A DNA stretch of 64,000 nucleotides from an uncultured Chloroflexia bacterium (GCA_963796715.1 CAWCMN010000007.1:388586-452585); one strand, 5' to 3'. Shown: positions 1 to 9,728, counted from the stretch's first letter. Program-made: numbers and translations. The notes: a model not told the origin generated them from the sequence alone.

Positions 1-163
1 CGCCTCCTGGGTCTCGCCGGCCACGAAGCGCCAGACCACGCCGCGGGTGAGCGGCGTGGCCGTCGCCACCCGCGCCAGCGAGCGCCGCCCCGAGGCCCAC
101 AGGAGGCTGGCGCGCAAGGCCCGGCCCGGGAGTTCGCGGGCGACCGAGGCGGCGGCGGTCATC
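1..163 (-). CDS. hypothetical protein, 5' end only (gene continues beyond the window edge)
   Basis: Reverse-strand ATG at 163-161 opens a frame (MTAAASVARELPGRALRASLLWASGRRSLARVATATPLTRGVVW...) that runs off the window start. Codon third positions are GC-rich, as in the other genes here. Confidence 0.3.
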
Positions 164-229
164 GGCCGTATCGTACGCCGGTCAGGGAGGCCGGCGGCAT
201 CGCCGACCCGATGCTCAGGAGGCGCATCC

Positions 230-775
230 ATGTCCGCAACACCAGCGGCCGCGGCCCCGCACGCCAAGGGCAAGCTGGGCGAGTTCACGCCCGACCCGCA
301 CCAGCGGGTGAACGCCTACAAGAAGGTACAGGGCAGTCTGGGAACCCAGGACCGCATCGCCCTCGTCATCACCGGTGCCATCGGCACGATGTACGCCGTC
401 TACGTCTTCGCCGCCGTCCTGGCGGGGTGGATGCTCTGGCAGATCCTGGCCGGCAAGGCCGCCTTCGACCCCTATCCGTTCGCGTTCCTGCTCTTCCTGG
501 GCAACATCGTGCAGCTGTTGCTGATGCCCCTGATCATGGTCGGCCAGAACCTCCAGAACCGCCACGCGGAAGTCCGCGCGGACGCCGAGTACAACACCGT
601 AGGCAAGATGTTCCACGACACCGAGGCGGTCATGAAGCATCTCGACCTCCAGGACGCCGAGCTCCTGCGCCAGACACGGCTCCTGACCGCGCTGGTCGAG
701 TCGCTGGTGCCGGCAGATCAGCGGGCGGCGATCCTGGCGGGATCCGAGCCAGCGACGCCCGCCTCGGCCGCCTGA
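230..775 (+). CDS. DUF1003 domain membrane protein
   Basis: AGGAGG at 217-222 lies 7 nt before the ATG. The conserved DUF1003 core is present (NAYKKVQGSLGTQDRIALVITGAIGTMYAVYVFA...LFLGNIVQLLLMPLIMVGQNLQNRHAE) with two TM helices. The longer ORF from 47 has an Arg-rich, low-complexity N-terminus and is rejected. Confidence 0.75.
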   Translation: MSATPAAAAPHAKGKLGEFTPDPHQRVNAYKKVQGSLGTQDRIALVITGAIGTMYAVYVFAAVLAGWMLWQILAGKAAFDPYPFAFLLFLGNIVQLLLMPLIMVGQNLQNRHAEVRADAEYNTVGKMFHDTEAVMKHLDLQDAELLRQTRLLTALVESLVPADQRAAILAGSEPATPASAA

Positions 776-815
776 CCGGCTCGCGCCGGCCTCCCCGTCG
801 CCGACAGGAGCCAAC

Positions 816-1331
816 ATGTTCGGCCTGACCCTCTCGCCGCTCGAGCTGGTCGTCCGCTCCGGCGTCGTCTACCTGGTGTTCTTCCTGCTGCTGCGCATCT
901 CCGGCAAGCGGGAGCTTGGCCAGTTCACGCTCTTCGACCTGGCCCTCGTCCTGCTCGCCGCCAACGCCCTCCAGCCGGCCATGACCGGGACCGACTCGTC
1001 GATCACCGGCGGGCTCGTCGTCATCGCCACCCTCTTCGCCGTCACGACGCTGATCGGGGTGTTGCGCGCCCGCGTGCCGTGGGTGCGCGGCTTCCTGCAG
1101 TTCGAGCCGACGACGATCGGACGCGACGGGACATGGCTGCCCGCCATCGTCGAGGAGGAGGAGCTCGACGACGCCGACCTCGGCGCGGCGCTCCGTGAGC
1201 ATGGCCTGGAGGATGTCCGCCAGGTCAGGCTGGCGACGCTGGAGGAGGACGGCTCGATCAGCATCGTCGCCTACGACGGGACCGGCTCACCCGCCGCCAA
1301 GCGGCGCCGCCGCTACCGCCGTTCGCGGTAG
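816..1331 (+). CDS. DUF421 (YetF-like) membrane protein
   Basis: AGGAG lies 8 nt upstream of the start. The N-terminal TM region followed by RISGKRELGQFTLFDLALVLLAANALQ is the DUF421 signature, and the C-terminal half is acidic. Confidence 0.75.
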   Translation: MFGLTLSPLELVVRSGVVYLVFFLLLRISGKRELGQFTLFDLALVLLAANALQPAMTGTDSSITGGLVVIATLFAVTTLIGVLRARVPWVRGFLQFEPTTIGRDGTWLPAIVEEEELDDADLGAALREHGLEDVRQVRLATLEEDGSISIVAYDGTGSPAAKRRRRYRRSR

Positions 1332-1342
1332 GGGCGTCGCGG

Positions 1343-2521
1343 TCAGGCCGGCGCGGACGGCACCGCTGGGGACGGTGTCTGCGGAGCCGCGGGCAGCCGC
1401 AGGCGGGCCACCGGGAGCAGCGACAGCAGGACGGCCACCCCGCCGGCCACCCACAGCGGGCCAAGGTCGCCGCCGTTGAGCTGCAGCACGGCCGCCGAGG
1501 CCAGCGACCCCGCGACACCACTGAGGTACAGCGGCGCCAGCGCGAGGTTGAGCACGCTCGAGCGGATGGCCGTCGGCAGTCCGGCAGCGAGCATCGTGAA
1601 GAGCATCGAGCTGCAGGCGGCGAAGCCGATGCCGGAGCCGGCGTAGACGAGGGCGAACGCGAGGAGCGACGGCGCGACGGACGCGAGCAGCAGGCAGATC
1701 CCGGCGACGATCGAGCCGACGGCGAAGACCCGCTTGTACCCGGCCCGGTCGGCGACCGTGCCGGCGACCGGCGAGCCGACCGCCGAGGCCACCCCGTATG
1801 CTCCTGCCACCAGCCCGACGACCGTCGCCAGCTGGACCGGCCCGGAGAAGCGTTCCACGTACAGCGGCAGGTACGGGGCCACGAGGCGCTGCCCCAGCAG
1901 GAGCAGCGAATAGCCGACGAACACGCCGCGGGCCAGCGGCGTGCGCACGATCGCGCCAAGCGAGGCGCGCACCAGGGCCAGCACCGAGCCGCCGGCCGGG
2001 CGCTCGCGTCGCTCGTGGTACTGCGTCGTGAGCATCACGACCATCGCCAGGGACAGCAGGCCGTCAAGCAGGAAGAGGGTCTGCACGGAGGAGTGGTCGG
2101 CGATCACGCCCCCGATCGCGGGGCCGATGGCGAAGCCGAGCGGGCTGGCCGTCCCGACGATGCTGATGGCCAGGGCGAGGCGGGCGCGTGGTGCGCGGTC
2201 GGAGACCTCGGACAGCATCACCCCCGTGTTACCAAGGACGAGGCCGGCAAGCGGCACGAGCACGAAGAGCTGCCACACCTCGCCGACCCGCGACAGGAGC
2301 AGGAAGAGCACCGTCTCCACGGCCGCGCTGCGCACGATGACCGCCTTGCGCGAGTAGCGGTCGGCCCACGCCCCCCAGAACGGCACGAGCGGCAGGCCGG
2401 CGATGAAGGCCCCCACCGACAGGATGCCGACCGTCACCGCCAGCCCGGAATCGGTCACCCCCAGGCTCCGCACGAGCAGCGGCATGAACGTCACGAAGTG
2501 CCCGAAGCTGACCGTTTCCAC
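1343..2521 (-). CDS. MFS transporter (12 TMS)
   Basis: The frame is hydrophobic throughout, with MFS loop motifs (GAWADRYSRK, GAYGVASAVGSPVAGTVADRAGYKRV). It sits downstream of proC on the same strand. Confidence 0.8.
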   Translation of the reverse strand: METVSFGHFVTFMPLLVRSLGVTDSGLAVTVGILSVGAFIAGLPLVPFWGAWADRYSRKAVIVRSAAVETVLFLLLSRVGEVWQLFVLVPLAGLVLGNTGVMLSEVSDRAPRARLALAISIVGTASPLGFAIGPAIGGVIADHSSVQTLFLLDGLLSLAMVVMLTTQYHERRERPAGGSVLALVRASLGAIVRTPLARGVFVGYSLLLLGQRLVAPYLPLYVERFSGPVQLATVVGLVAGAYGVASAVGSPVAGTVADRAGYKRVFAVGSIVAGICLLLASVAPSLLAFALVYAGSGIGFAACSSMLFTMLAAGLPTAIRSSVLNLALAPLYLSGVAGSLASAAVLQLNGGDLGPLWVAGGVAVLLSLLPVARLRLPAAPQTPSPAVPSAPA

Positions 2522-2586
2522 GAACCCGGCGGTGGCGAAGATCAGCGCGAGTCGACGCCAGTCGGACGAGCCGTCCAGGGCTCGCC

Positions 2587-3438
2587 TCAGTGATCCGCGT
2601 CGGGCGCGGTCGCGTCCTCGAGTTGCCGGCCCAGCTCTTCCGTCCGCCGGTAGGCCGCCCAGACCGCCTCCGAGAGCACGGTCCGCAGGCGGCCCGACTC
2701 GAGCTCGTGGAGCGCGGCGGCGCTGGTCCCGCCCGGCGAGGTGACCATGTTGCGCAGCACGGCAGGGTGGTCGCCGCTCTGCTTGGCGAAGAACGTGCTG
2801 CCCTCGAGCGTCTCCACCACGAGGTCATGGGCGATGTGGCGCGGGAAGCCCAGATGGACGGCCGAGTCGATGAGCGCCTCCATGACCAGGAAGACGTAGG
2901 TCGGCCCGGTCCCGCTGACCGCCGTGGCCATGGCCACCATCCGCTCATCGTCCACGGCCAGCTCGGCGCCAAGCGTCCGCAGCAGGCTCGCGGCCTGGGC
3001 GCGCTGCGCAGTGGTGACCTCGGGCGTCGCATACCACACGGTCATGCCGCGCCCAAGGCGCGCCGGCGTGTTGGGCATGCTGCGCACGATCGGGCGGTGC
3101 CGCAGGGCATTGGCGAGGGCCGTCGTGGTGGCCCCGGCGATGATGCTCAGGACGAGCTGGCCGTCGCCAAGCACGGGGGCCAGGTCCCGGCCCACGCGGA
3201 TCAGCATCTGGGGCTTCACGCCGAGCACGACGACATCGGCGCCGTCCGCGGCCGCGGCGTTGGACTCGACCGTGCGGATGCCGTACGTCTGTTCCAGCTG
3301 CGCCCGCCGGTCGGCCCGCGGGTGGCTGGCCACGATGCGCTCGGGGCTGACGTCGCCGCCACGCAGCAGCCCGGCGATCATGGCCTCCGCCATGACCCCT
3401 GAGCCGACGATGCCGATGGTGGCGGTGGCGAGCGACAT
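2587..3438 (-). CDS. proC: pyrroline-5-carboxylate reductase
   Basis: Rossmann N-terminus IGIVGSGVMAEAMIAGL and the ProC C-terminal motif NMVTSPGGTSAAALHELE are both present. Confidence 0.9.
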   Translation of the reverse strand: MSLATATIGIVGSGVMAEAMIAGLLRGGDVSPERIVASHPRADRRAQLEQTYGIRTVESNAAAADGADVVVLGVKPQMLIRVGRDLAPVLGDGQLVLSIIAGATTTALANALRHRPIVRSMPNTPARLGRGMTVWYATPEVTTAQRAQAASLLRTLGAELAVDDERMVAMATAVSGTGPTYVFLVMEALIDSAVHLGFPRHIAHDLVVETLEGSTFFAKQSGDHPAVLRNMVTSPGGTSAAALHELESGRLRTVLSEAVWAAYRRTEELGRQLEDATAPDADH

Positions 3439-3493
3439 GGGCGCCGAGTATACCGACGGGCCGGTGCGCTCAGGCGGGGCTCAGACGCTGCGG

Positions 3494-4462
3494 TCAGACG
3501 CTGGCGCGGCCCAGCAGGAAGAACCGGCCGGTCGTCGTGACCGTCGCGCTGCTGAAACCGGCCGTGCCTAACGCCCGCTCGAGCTCGGCCGGTTCGTAGA
3601 ACACCTTCGGCACCTGGAAGACACGGCCGTCAGAGAGGCGGCGCGTGGCCACCTCGGTCGCGGCATCCCACTCGTTGCCCACGGCCCCGGATCCTGGGTC
3701 GAGCCGTGAATCGATGAACGCGTACGTCCCGCCCGGCGCGAGCCAGGCGCGGGCGAGGCGCAGGAAGTCGGCCAGGCGATGGCGCGGCACGTGACTCAGC
3801 CAGAAGCCGGTGAACAGGCCACCTGCGGGAGGCGGTTCCGGCGGCGCCCACGCGTCGCGCTGGTGGAGATGGGCCAGGAGGTGATGCGCCACCAGCCGTC
3901 GGCGGGCGAGCTCGAGTGGCGCCGCGGCCGCGTCGTAGCACCACAACTCGCCCTTGGCGGCGAGCAGCGGCGACCACCAGCCCGTGCCGCTCGCCAGTTC
4001 CACGATCCGGCCGCTGAACGCCACGTCATCCAGCCAGGCGGTGGCCTGGTCGAGCTCCATCTGCCACGCCATGTCGTCGATCACGCCCCGCCGATACCGG
4101 CCGCGGCGCAGGTAGAAGTCGTCATATTCGGGGGCGCGAGCGTCGTAGTAGGCGATCAGGTCCGCATCGGTCGGGTCTGGCGCGGCCGTCGCCACGGCCG
4201 TCCTGGTGTCGCGGCCGGGGGGAGCGGCGTGGCGTGCGAGTGCGGCGTGCCCCGCGTTTGCATCGGACCCCGCGCCTGCTTCGGGCCCCGCGCCCGCCCG
4301 CTCCGCCAGGGCGGCCCGCAACCGGGCGCGCAGGAACGGGTTGTCGCCGGCACGACCGAGACATTCGGGGCAAAGGTGCGCCCATGCTTCCAGGTCCTGC
4401 CGGTCACGAACCGTCCAGCGCTGGCCGCACCACAGGCAATCGAACGTCTTGCGAACGGGCAC
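3494..4462 (-). CDS. class I SAM-dependent methyltransferase with an N-terminal C4 zinc-ribbon
   Basis: A GTG start is preceded by GAGGA (VPVRKTFDCLWCGQRW...HLCPECLG, two CxxC pairs). An Ala/Gly-rich linker follows, then methyltransferase motif I (IVELASGTGWW) and a post-I acidic residue. The 1282-aa ORF listed from 7342 is a GC artefact. Confidence 0.65.
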   Translation of the reverse strand: MPVRKTFDCLWCGQRWTVRDRQDLEAWAHLCPECLGRAGDNPFLRARLRAALAERAGAGPEAGAGSDANAGHAALARHAAPPGRDTRTAVATAAPDPTDADLIAYYDARAPEYDDFYLRRGRYRRGVIDDMAWQMELDQATAWLDDVAFSGRIVELASGTGWWSPLLAAKGELWCYDAAAAPLELARRRLVAHHLLAHLHQRDAWAPPEPPPAGGLFTGFWLSHVPRHRLADFLRLARAWLAPGGTYAFIDSRLDPGSGAVGNEWDAATEVATRRLSDGRVFQVPKVFYEPAELERALGTAGFSSATVTTTGRFFLLGRASV

Positions 4463-4506
4463 GGCGCCATCCTCGCACGCGGGCCGGTCATCTTGCCCGT
4501 GCCGCG

Positions 4507-4755
4507 GGCGGGCGGTCACTGTGAGTGAACGGATGCGGGCCGAGGCCTGCTCCCCAGTCGTCCTCGGGGCCGTTGCACGGGCCTTCGGTCGCTGTGGGTG
4601 AACGGATCCGGGTCGAACGACCCGTGTTGACCGCTCACCCGACCCCTCGGGGCCGTTTCGTTCACTGCCAGTGACCGACGAACGCGGTAGACGGTCGGGA
4701 CCGCCTCCGGTGACGGCTTCACGGGCGCGGTGTTCACGGTGAGTGACATCGATCG
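4507..4755. promoter_or_regulatory. array of four imperfect palindromes GTTCACT-N3-AGTGAAC phased at 73 bp
   Basis: Sites at 4514-4530 (GGTCACTGTGAGTGAAC), 4587-4603, 4660-4676 and 4732-4748 (GTTCACGGTGAGTGACA). Spacings are 73, 73 and 72 bp, about 7 helical turns. The flanks of units 1 and 2 are also similar, giving a degenerate 73 bp tandem repeat in the divergent MTase/trpB2 spacer. Confidence 0.5.
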
Positions 4756-4792
4756 CCCAGCAGGCCGATCCGGGCCCCCGACTCGCGGGCGT

Positions 4793-4960
4793 TCCCCGGC
4801 GCACCAGCCTCGTTGGTGCTATGCGCCTTCGCGCGGCGTCGGAGGAGGGCCGGGGCGGCTGGGCACGTACGGCCACGCTCGGTCCGCTCGTCATCCATGC
4901 CGCTCGGCCCTCCCGGTCGCACATACCACCAGCCTGGCTGGTAAGGCGTGGGCAGCCGGC
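4793..4960. repeat. dispersed about 170 bp repeat element, copy A, with palindromic termini
   Basis: It starts GCACCAGCCTCGTTGGTGCTATGCGCC and ends CACATACCACCAGCCTGGCTGGTAAGGCGTGGG. Both termini match the copies at 57696-57871 and 57932-58107 closely, and the middle is more divergent. Confidence 0.55.
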
Positions 4961-5146
4961 CGGCGAGGCGGGGGCAGGCGGCCGACGAGGCGTCGAGGCC
5001 TGGCCGCCCGCCGCTCGCCCGCCCGGTGCGCGACCAGCGCCGCCACCACTCCATCGTCGCCGCCTCCCGACCGGTATCATGCGGCCCCCGGCGGCCACGG
5101 CGCGCACCCGATGGCCGGCAGCGGGACCGAGGAGGAGGAGCGGGCC

Positions 5147-6508
5147 ATGGCGGAGAAGCGCACCAAGTTCGTGCTGGATGAGTCTCGCATCCCGCGCGTC
5201 TGGTACAACATCGCGGCCGACCTGCCGACGCCGCCGGCCCCCGTGCTGCATCCCGGCACGGGCCAGCCGATCGGGCCCGCCGACCTCGCGCCGCTCTTCC
5301 CCATGGCCCTCATCGGCCAGGAGGTGAGCACCGAGCGCGAGATCGAGATCCCCGGTCCGGTACGCGACGCCTATGCGCTCTACCGGCCGTCGCCGCTCTA
5401 TCGCGCCCACCGCCTCGAAGCCGCCCTCCAGACGCCGGCCCACATCTACTACAAGTACGAGGGTGTCAGCCCGGCCGGCAGCCACAAGCCCAACACGGCC
5501 ATCGCCCAGGCGTACTTCAACAAGGCCGAGGGCGTGAAGCGCCTCGCGACCGAGACGGGCGCCGGGCAGTGGGGCACGGCCCTCGCTTTCGCCGGTGCGC
5601 TCTTCGGCCTCGAGGTCAAGGTCTACATGGTGCGCGTGAGCTACGACCAGAAGCCGTACCGGCGCGTGCTGATGGAGGTCTACGGCGCGGAGGTCGTGGC
5701 CAGCCCCAGCCTGACCACCGACTACGGCAAGCGGGTCCTGGCGGAGGACCCCGACAGCCCCGGATCGCTCGGCATCGCCATCTCGGAGGCCGTCGAGGAC
5801 GCGGCCAAGCGCGACGACACGAAATACTCGCTGGGGTCGGTGCTGAACCACGTGCTCCTGCACCAGACGGTCATCGGCCAGGAGGCGATGGAGCAGATGG
5901 CCATGGCCGGCGAGCGCCCCGACGTGATCATCGGGTGCACCGGCGGCGGCTCCAACTTCGCCGGCCTGACCTTCCCGTTCCTGGGCCAGAAGCTGCGCGG
6001 CGAGGCCGACTACCGCGTCATCGCCGTCGAGCCGGAGGCAGCGCCGTCGATGACCCGCGGCGTCTACGCCTACGACTTCGGCGACACCGGCCAGATGACG
6101 CCGCTGGTCAAGATGCACACCCTGGGCCACGACTTCGTGCCCGACCCGATCCACGCCGGCGGCCTGCGCTACCACGGCATGGCGCCGCTCGTCAGCCTGC
6201 TGAAGGAGCAGGGCGTGATCGAAGCCCAGGCCGTCCATCAGCGGGCCACCTTCGAGGCCGGCGTCACCTTCGCCCGGGCGGAGGGCATCCTTCCCGCCCC
6301 GGAGCCGACACACGCCATCAAGGTCGCCATCGACGAGGCGGTCGCCGCCCGCGAGGCCGGCCAGGCCAAGGTGATCCTGTTCAACCTGTGCGGCCACGGC
6401 CACTTCGACCTGTCCGCCTACGAGCGCTACCTCAGCGGGCGCATGGAGGACTACGAGTACCCGACGGAGAAGGTGGCGGCGGCCCTCGCGGGCCTGCCCA
6501 AGGTCTAG
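5147..6508 (+). CDS. trpB: TrpB-like PLP-dependent enzyme (tryptophan synthase beta chain, TrpB2 type)
   Basis: GGAGGAGGAG lies 6 nt before the ATG. PLP-fold motifs are present ([36 protein letters not shown]). Its length (453 aa) and N-terminal extension are typical of the TrpB2 subfamily. Confidence 0.85.
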   Translation: MAEKRTKFVLDESRIPRVWYNIAADLPTPPAPVLHPGTGQPIGPADLAPLFPMALIGQEVSTEREIEIPGPVRDAYALYRPSPLYRAHRLEAALQTPAHIYYKYEGVSPAGSHKPNTAIAQAYFNKAEGVKRLATETGAGQWGTALAFAGALFGLEVKVYMVRVSYDQKPYRRVLMEVYGAEVVASPSLTTDYGKRVLAEDPDSPGSLGIAISEAVEDAAKRDDTKYSLGSVLNHVLLHQTVIGQEAMEQMAMAGERPDVIIGCTGGGSNFAGLTFPFLGQKLRGEADYRVIAVEPEAAPSMTRGVYAYDFGDTGQMTPLVKMHTLGHDFVPDPIHAGGLRYHGMAPLVSLLKEQGVIEAQAVHQRATFEAGVTFARAEGILPAPEPTHAIKVAIDEAVAAREAGQAKVILFNLCGHGHFDLSAYERYLSGRMEDYEYPTEKVAAALAGLPKV

Positions 6509-7428
6509 ATCGGGGACCAGCTGGCCGGCGGCGCCTCGCCGGCGAACCCGACCGGGTCCATCAGCTCGGCCAGCAGGGCGACGCCCTCGACGGCCCGCGG
6601 CCCGGGTCGGCTGAAGTAGGCCGACCCGTCGACGACGAACACCTGGCCCTCGCGCACGGCCTGGAGGTCGGCGAACCAGGCGGGATGCGGCGTGCGGGCC
6701 CATTCGTGCCGCGTCTGCGCGGTGTCGAAGCCACACGGCATCAGGAACAGCTGCTGCGGGTCGACGTCGCGGACGGCCTCCCACGTCGTTTCGACGGAGC
6801 GGGCGCCGGCCTGCCCCAGCAGCTCCCAACCGCCGGCGCGCTGCACCTGCTCGGGCACCCAGTGGCCGGCGGTGAACGGCGGATCGAGCCACTCGGCACA
6901 GACCACGCGCCGCGGGGCGACACCGTCGAGGCGCCGCTCGAGCACTCGGTTCTCCAGCGCTGCCAGGCGCTCGCGCAGCACCTCCACGAGGCCGACCGCC
7001 TCGTCCTCGGCGGAGGCATACGCGCCGACCGTGGTGATCGTGTTGAAGATGCCCTCCAGGGAGGTCGGCTCCAGGCTGACCACCGTCACCTCGGCGTCGA
7101 TGGCGCGGACGGCCCCGGTGACCTGTCGGTAACTCACCGCGCAGACCTCGCAGAGCTCCTGGGTCAGGATGAGGTCCGGCCGGGCTGCCGCAAGGCCCGC
7201 CTCGTCGAGGCGGTAGATGGCGCTCCCACCGTGCAGCTGGGCGCGCACGCGATCGTGGATGCGCCGGCTCGTGGCGCCGGGCTCGGGCGTCGCATCGGCC
7301 GTCATGACCGGCACGGCAGCCGCGGCCGGGGGGTAGTCGCACTCGTGGGTCCGACCGACGAGGTCGTCGCCAAGGCCAAGGGCGAAGACGATCTCCGTGG
7401 CCGACGGCAGGAGTGAAACGATGCGCAC
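6505..7428 (-). CDS. ABC-type Fe3+-siderophore/cobalamin-like periplasmic binding protein (TroA/BtuF fold), no obvious signal peptide
   Basis: The N-terminus [19 protein letters not shown] and the [12 protein letters not shown] region match the class III binding-protein fold. Its stop overlaps the trpB2 stop, convergently. Confidence 0.7.
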   Translation of the reverse strand: MRIVSLLPSATEIVFALGLGDDLVGRTHECDYPPAAAAVPVMTADATPEPGATSRRIHDRVRAQLHGGSAIYRLDEAGLAAARPDLILTQELCEVCAVSYRQVTGAVRAIDAEVTVVSLEPTSLEGIFNTITTVGAYASAEDEAVGLVEVLRERLAALENRVLERRLDGVAPRRVVCAEWLDPPFTAGHWVPEQVQRAGGWELLGQAGARSVETTWEAVRDVDPQQLFLMPCGFDTAQTRHEWARTPHPAWFADLQAVREGQVFVVDGSAYFSRPGPRAVEGVALLAELMDPVGFAGEAPPASWSPI

Positions 7429-7466
7429 CGCGTCAGCCTAGCGGCTCGACCCAGGTCGGCCGGGCT

Positions 7467-7487
7467 GGCCGGGGTTGAACCCCGGCC
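7467..7487. other. perfect 8 bp stem-loop GGCCGGGGTTGAACCCCGGCC between fdxA and the downstream binding-protein gene
   Basis: Seen directly in the sequence. It has no U-tract and is intercistronic on the minus strand. Confidence 0.35.
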
Positions 7488-7502
7488 GCGGGCGGCGGAG
7501 GG

Positions 7503-7790
7503 TCAGCGAGGTTTCAGACCCTCGACGGCGGCGCGCGCGCCGGCTTTGTCCTCGAACCACTGGGCGTTGACCCGCGTGTAGGCGGCCCACTCGGGCGGCA
7601 GCGAATCCTCGGGGAAGATGGCCGTCACGGGGCACTCGGGCTCGCACGCCCCGCAGTCGATGCACTCGTTGGGGTCGATGTAGAGCATGCGGTCGACGCC
7701 CTGCTCGAAGTGGATACAGTCCACGGGGCAGACCGCCACGCAGGCCTGGTCGATCACGTCGATACAGGGCTCGGCGATGACGTACGTCAT
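7503..7790 (-). CDS. fdxA: 7Fe ferredoxin (3Fe-4S + 4Fe-4S)
   Basis: AAGGAGAT lies 7 nt before the ATG. The protein begins [27 protein letters not shown] and continues [12 protein letters not shown]. The upstream M in the listed ORF (7832) overlaps the RBS and is rejected. Confidence 0.9.
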   Translation of the reverse strand: MTYVIAEPCIDVIDQACVAVCPVDCIHFEQGVDRMLYIDPNECIDCGACEPECPVTAIFPEDSLPPEWAAYTRVNAQWFEDKAGARAAVEGLKPR

Positions 7791-7891
7791 GCGGGCAGAT
7801 CTCCTTGTCCTGCGCGATGTCTTGCTTCGCAAGTGTAGCGTCGGCCCGGCAGCACGCTGCGACCTGACACCGGTCCGCGCGAGGTCGCACG

Positions 7892-8896
7892 GTGCGGTGC
7901 CATCGAGGCGCCGCGACCGTGGTGCCGAGCGAAGGCGTCACCGGCTGGGCCGACATGTGGATGATGTCGACCCACGCCAAGCACCCCAACTGCATGTACA
8001 TGTGGATGGCGTGGGCCCTCAAGCCCGCCACGCAGGTCCAGTCGGCCGAGTGGTTCGGCGAGGCCCCGGCCAACCCGCTGGCCTGCCCCGTCCTTGACAA
8101 GGGCTTCGCCGACGCAGGCCTCAAGAACTTCTGCACCATCTACCACGCGACGGACACGGCGTTCTACAACGCGGTCGCCTTCTGGAAGACCCCCAGTGCG
8201 AACTGCGGCGACAGCCGCGGCCAGACCTGCGTCGACTACAGCAAGTGGGTCGACGCGTACATGGTCGTGGCCGCGATCGTCACCGTGGCGGACGCGGTGA
8301 TCGCCTTCCCCATCGCGTACTTCATGGCGCGCGTCGCGTCGCCGCGCACCCGAGCGGCGCTGGCCGTTGCCGTCCTGCTGCCCCTGTGGGCGAGCTACCT
8401 GGTCTGCGTCTACGCGTGGCGCGTGATCCTCTCCGACAGCGGCCTCGTGGACTGGGTCTTCGCCCAGCTGGGGGTGCCCAACGTGGGGTCGCTCTTCGGC
8501 ATCTCCGACCTGTCGATGACGATCGTCTTCGTCTACCTGTGGCTGCCCTACATGATCCTGCCGATCTTCGCCGGCCTGGAGCGCATCCCCGCCTCGTACC
8601 TGGAGGCATCGGCGGACCTCGGCGGGCACCCCTGGACGACCTTCCGCCGGATCATCCTGCCGCTGGCCATCCCGGCCCTCGCCGCCGGATCGATCTTCAC
8701 CTTCTCGCTGACCCTCGGCGACTACATCACGCCGCAGCTCGTGTCGAACTCGCAGTTCATCGGCAATGTCATCTACGACGAGCTTGGCGTGGCCGGCGAC
8801 ATCCCGTTCGCCGCGGCCTTCGCCATGGTCCCCATCCTGATCATCGCCATCTACCTGCTCATGGTCCGCCGCCTCGGCGCGTTCGAGGCCCTGTGA
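7892..8896 (+). pseudogene. chimeric ORF: C-terminal fragment of a PotD-like polyamine binding protein fused in frame to an N-terminally truncated PotB-like permease (probable deletion remnant)
   Basis: Residues 20-125 (DMWMMSTHAKHPNCMYMWMAWALKPATQVQSAEWFGEAPAN...YSKWVDAY) align with the last roughly 100 aa of PotD/PotF-family binding proteins. The frame then runs without a stop into permease helices (IAFPIAYFMARVASPRTRAALAVAVLLPLWASYLVCVYAWRVIL, EAS-DLG-R signature LEASADLGGHPWTTFRRIILP) with TM1 missing. There is no ATPase gene and no binding-protein N-terminal lobe nearby. Confidence 0.5.
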
Positions 8897-8897
8897 C

Positions 8898-9716
8898 GTG
8901 AGGGCCGCCGTCGCGCGCGTGGGCCTCCAGCTGGCGACCGGCCTGACGATCGCCTTCCTGTACCTGCCGATCGCGATCATCGCCCTGTACGCCTTCAACG
9001 GCGACCGGGCCCAGACCTGGCCGATCACCAACTTCTCCTTGCAGTGGTTCGGCGATGCCTTCAACAACAGCGACGTGCGGGACGCCATGACGCTGTCGAT
9101 CACGATCGCGACGCTGGCCATGCTCGCGGCGGTCGTCCTCGGCACGGCCGCCTCGCTGGCCGTCCACCGCTACCGCTTCTTCGGCCGCGACATCGTCTCG
9201 TTCGCCCTGGTCCTGCCCATCGCGCTGCCGGGGATCATCACGGGCATCGCGCTCAACGCCGCGTTCCGCGGCATCGGCCTCGGCCTGGGCACGCTGACGA
9301 TCGTCATCGGCCACGCCACGTTCTGCGTGGTCGTCGTCTACAACAACGTCATCGCCCGCCTGCGACGGTCCTCGCCCTCGCTTGAGGAGGCCTCCGCCGA
9401 CCTTGGCGCAGACCAGCTCCAGACGTTCCGCTACGTGACGCTGCCGGTCATCCGGACGGCCCTGCTGGCGGGCGCGCTGCTGGCGTTCGCGCTCTCGTTC
9501 GACGAGATCATCGTCGCCTACTTCGTGGCGGGCACGCAGGAGACGATCCCGATCTGGATGTTCAACCACCTGCACCAGGCCAACCAGCGGCCGATCGTCA
9601 ACGTGGTGGCCCTCTTCGTGATCCTCCTTTCCACGATCCCCGTCTACATCTCGCAGCGCCTCGTGGGTGCCGAGGCGACCGCCGGAGCGGCCACCGGGAC
9701 ACGCACGCGGCGCTGA
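8898..9716 (+). CDS. ABC transporter permease (PotC/PotI-like)
   Basis: A GTG start lies 1 nt after the upstream stop. Six TM helices and the EAA loop (EEASADLGADQLQTFRYVTLPV) are present. Confidence 0.8.
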   Translation: MRAAVARVGLQLATGLTIAFLYLPIAIIALYAFNGDRAQTWPITNFSLQWFGDAFNNSDVRDAMTLSITIATLAMLAAVVLGTAASLAVHRYRFFGRDIVSFALVLPIALPGIITGIALNAAFRGIGLGLGTLTIVIGHATFCVVVVYNNVIARLRRSSPSLEEASADLGADQLQTFRYVTLPVIRTALLAGALLAFALSFDEIIVAYFVAGTQETIPIWMFNHLHQANQRPIVNVVALFVILLSTIPVYISQRLVGAEATAGAATGTRTRR

Positions 9717-9728
9717 CGTCGGAGAGGC

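Noticed and set aside
4463-5146. T-box or Trp-type riboswitch / attenuator upstream of trpB2
   Set aside because: No T-box specifier/anti-terminator consensus, no Trp-codon-rich leader peptide and no recognisable riboswitch core were seen. The region is instead occupied by the phased palindromes and a dispersed repeat copy.
3494-7342. 1282-aa minus-strand ORF spanning the methyltransferase, the intergenic repeats, trpB2 and beyond
   Set aside because: Only the last 323 codons show a protein-like composition and motifs. Upstream it is antisense to trpB2 and dominated by Arg/Gly/Pro low-complexity sequence typical of wrong-frame ORFs in 72 % GC DNA.
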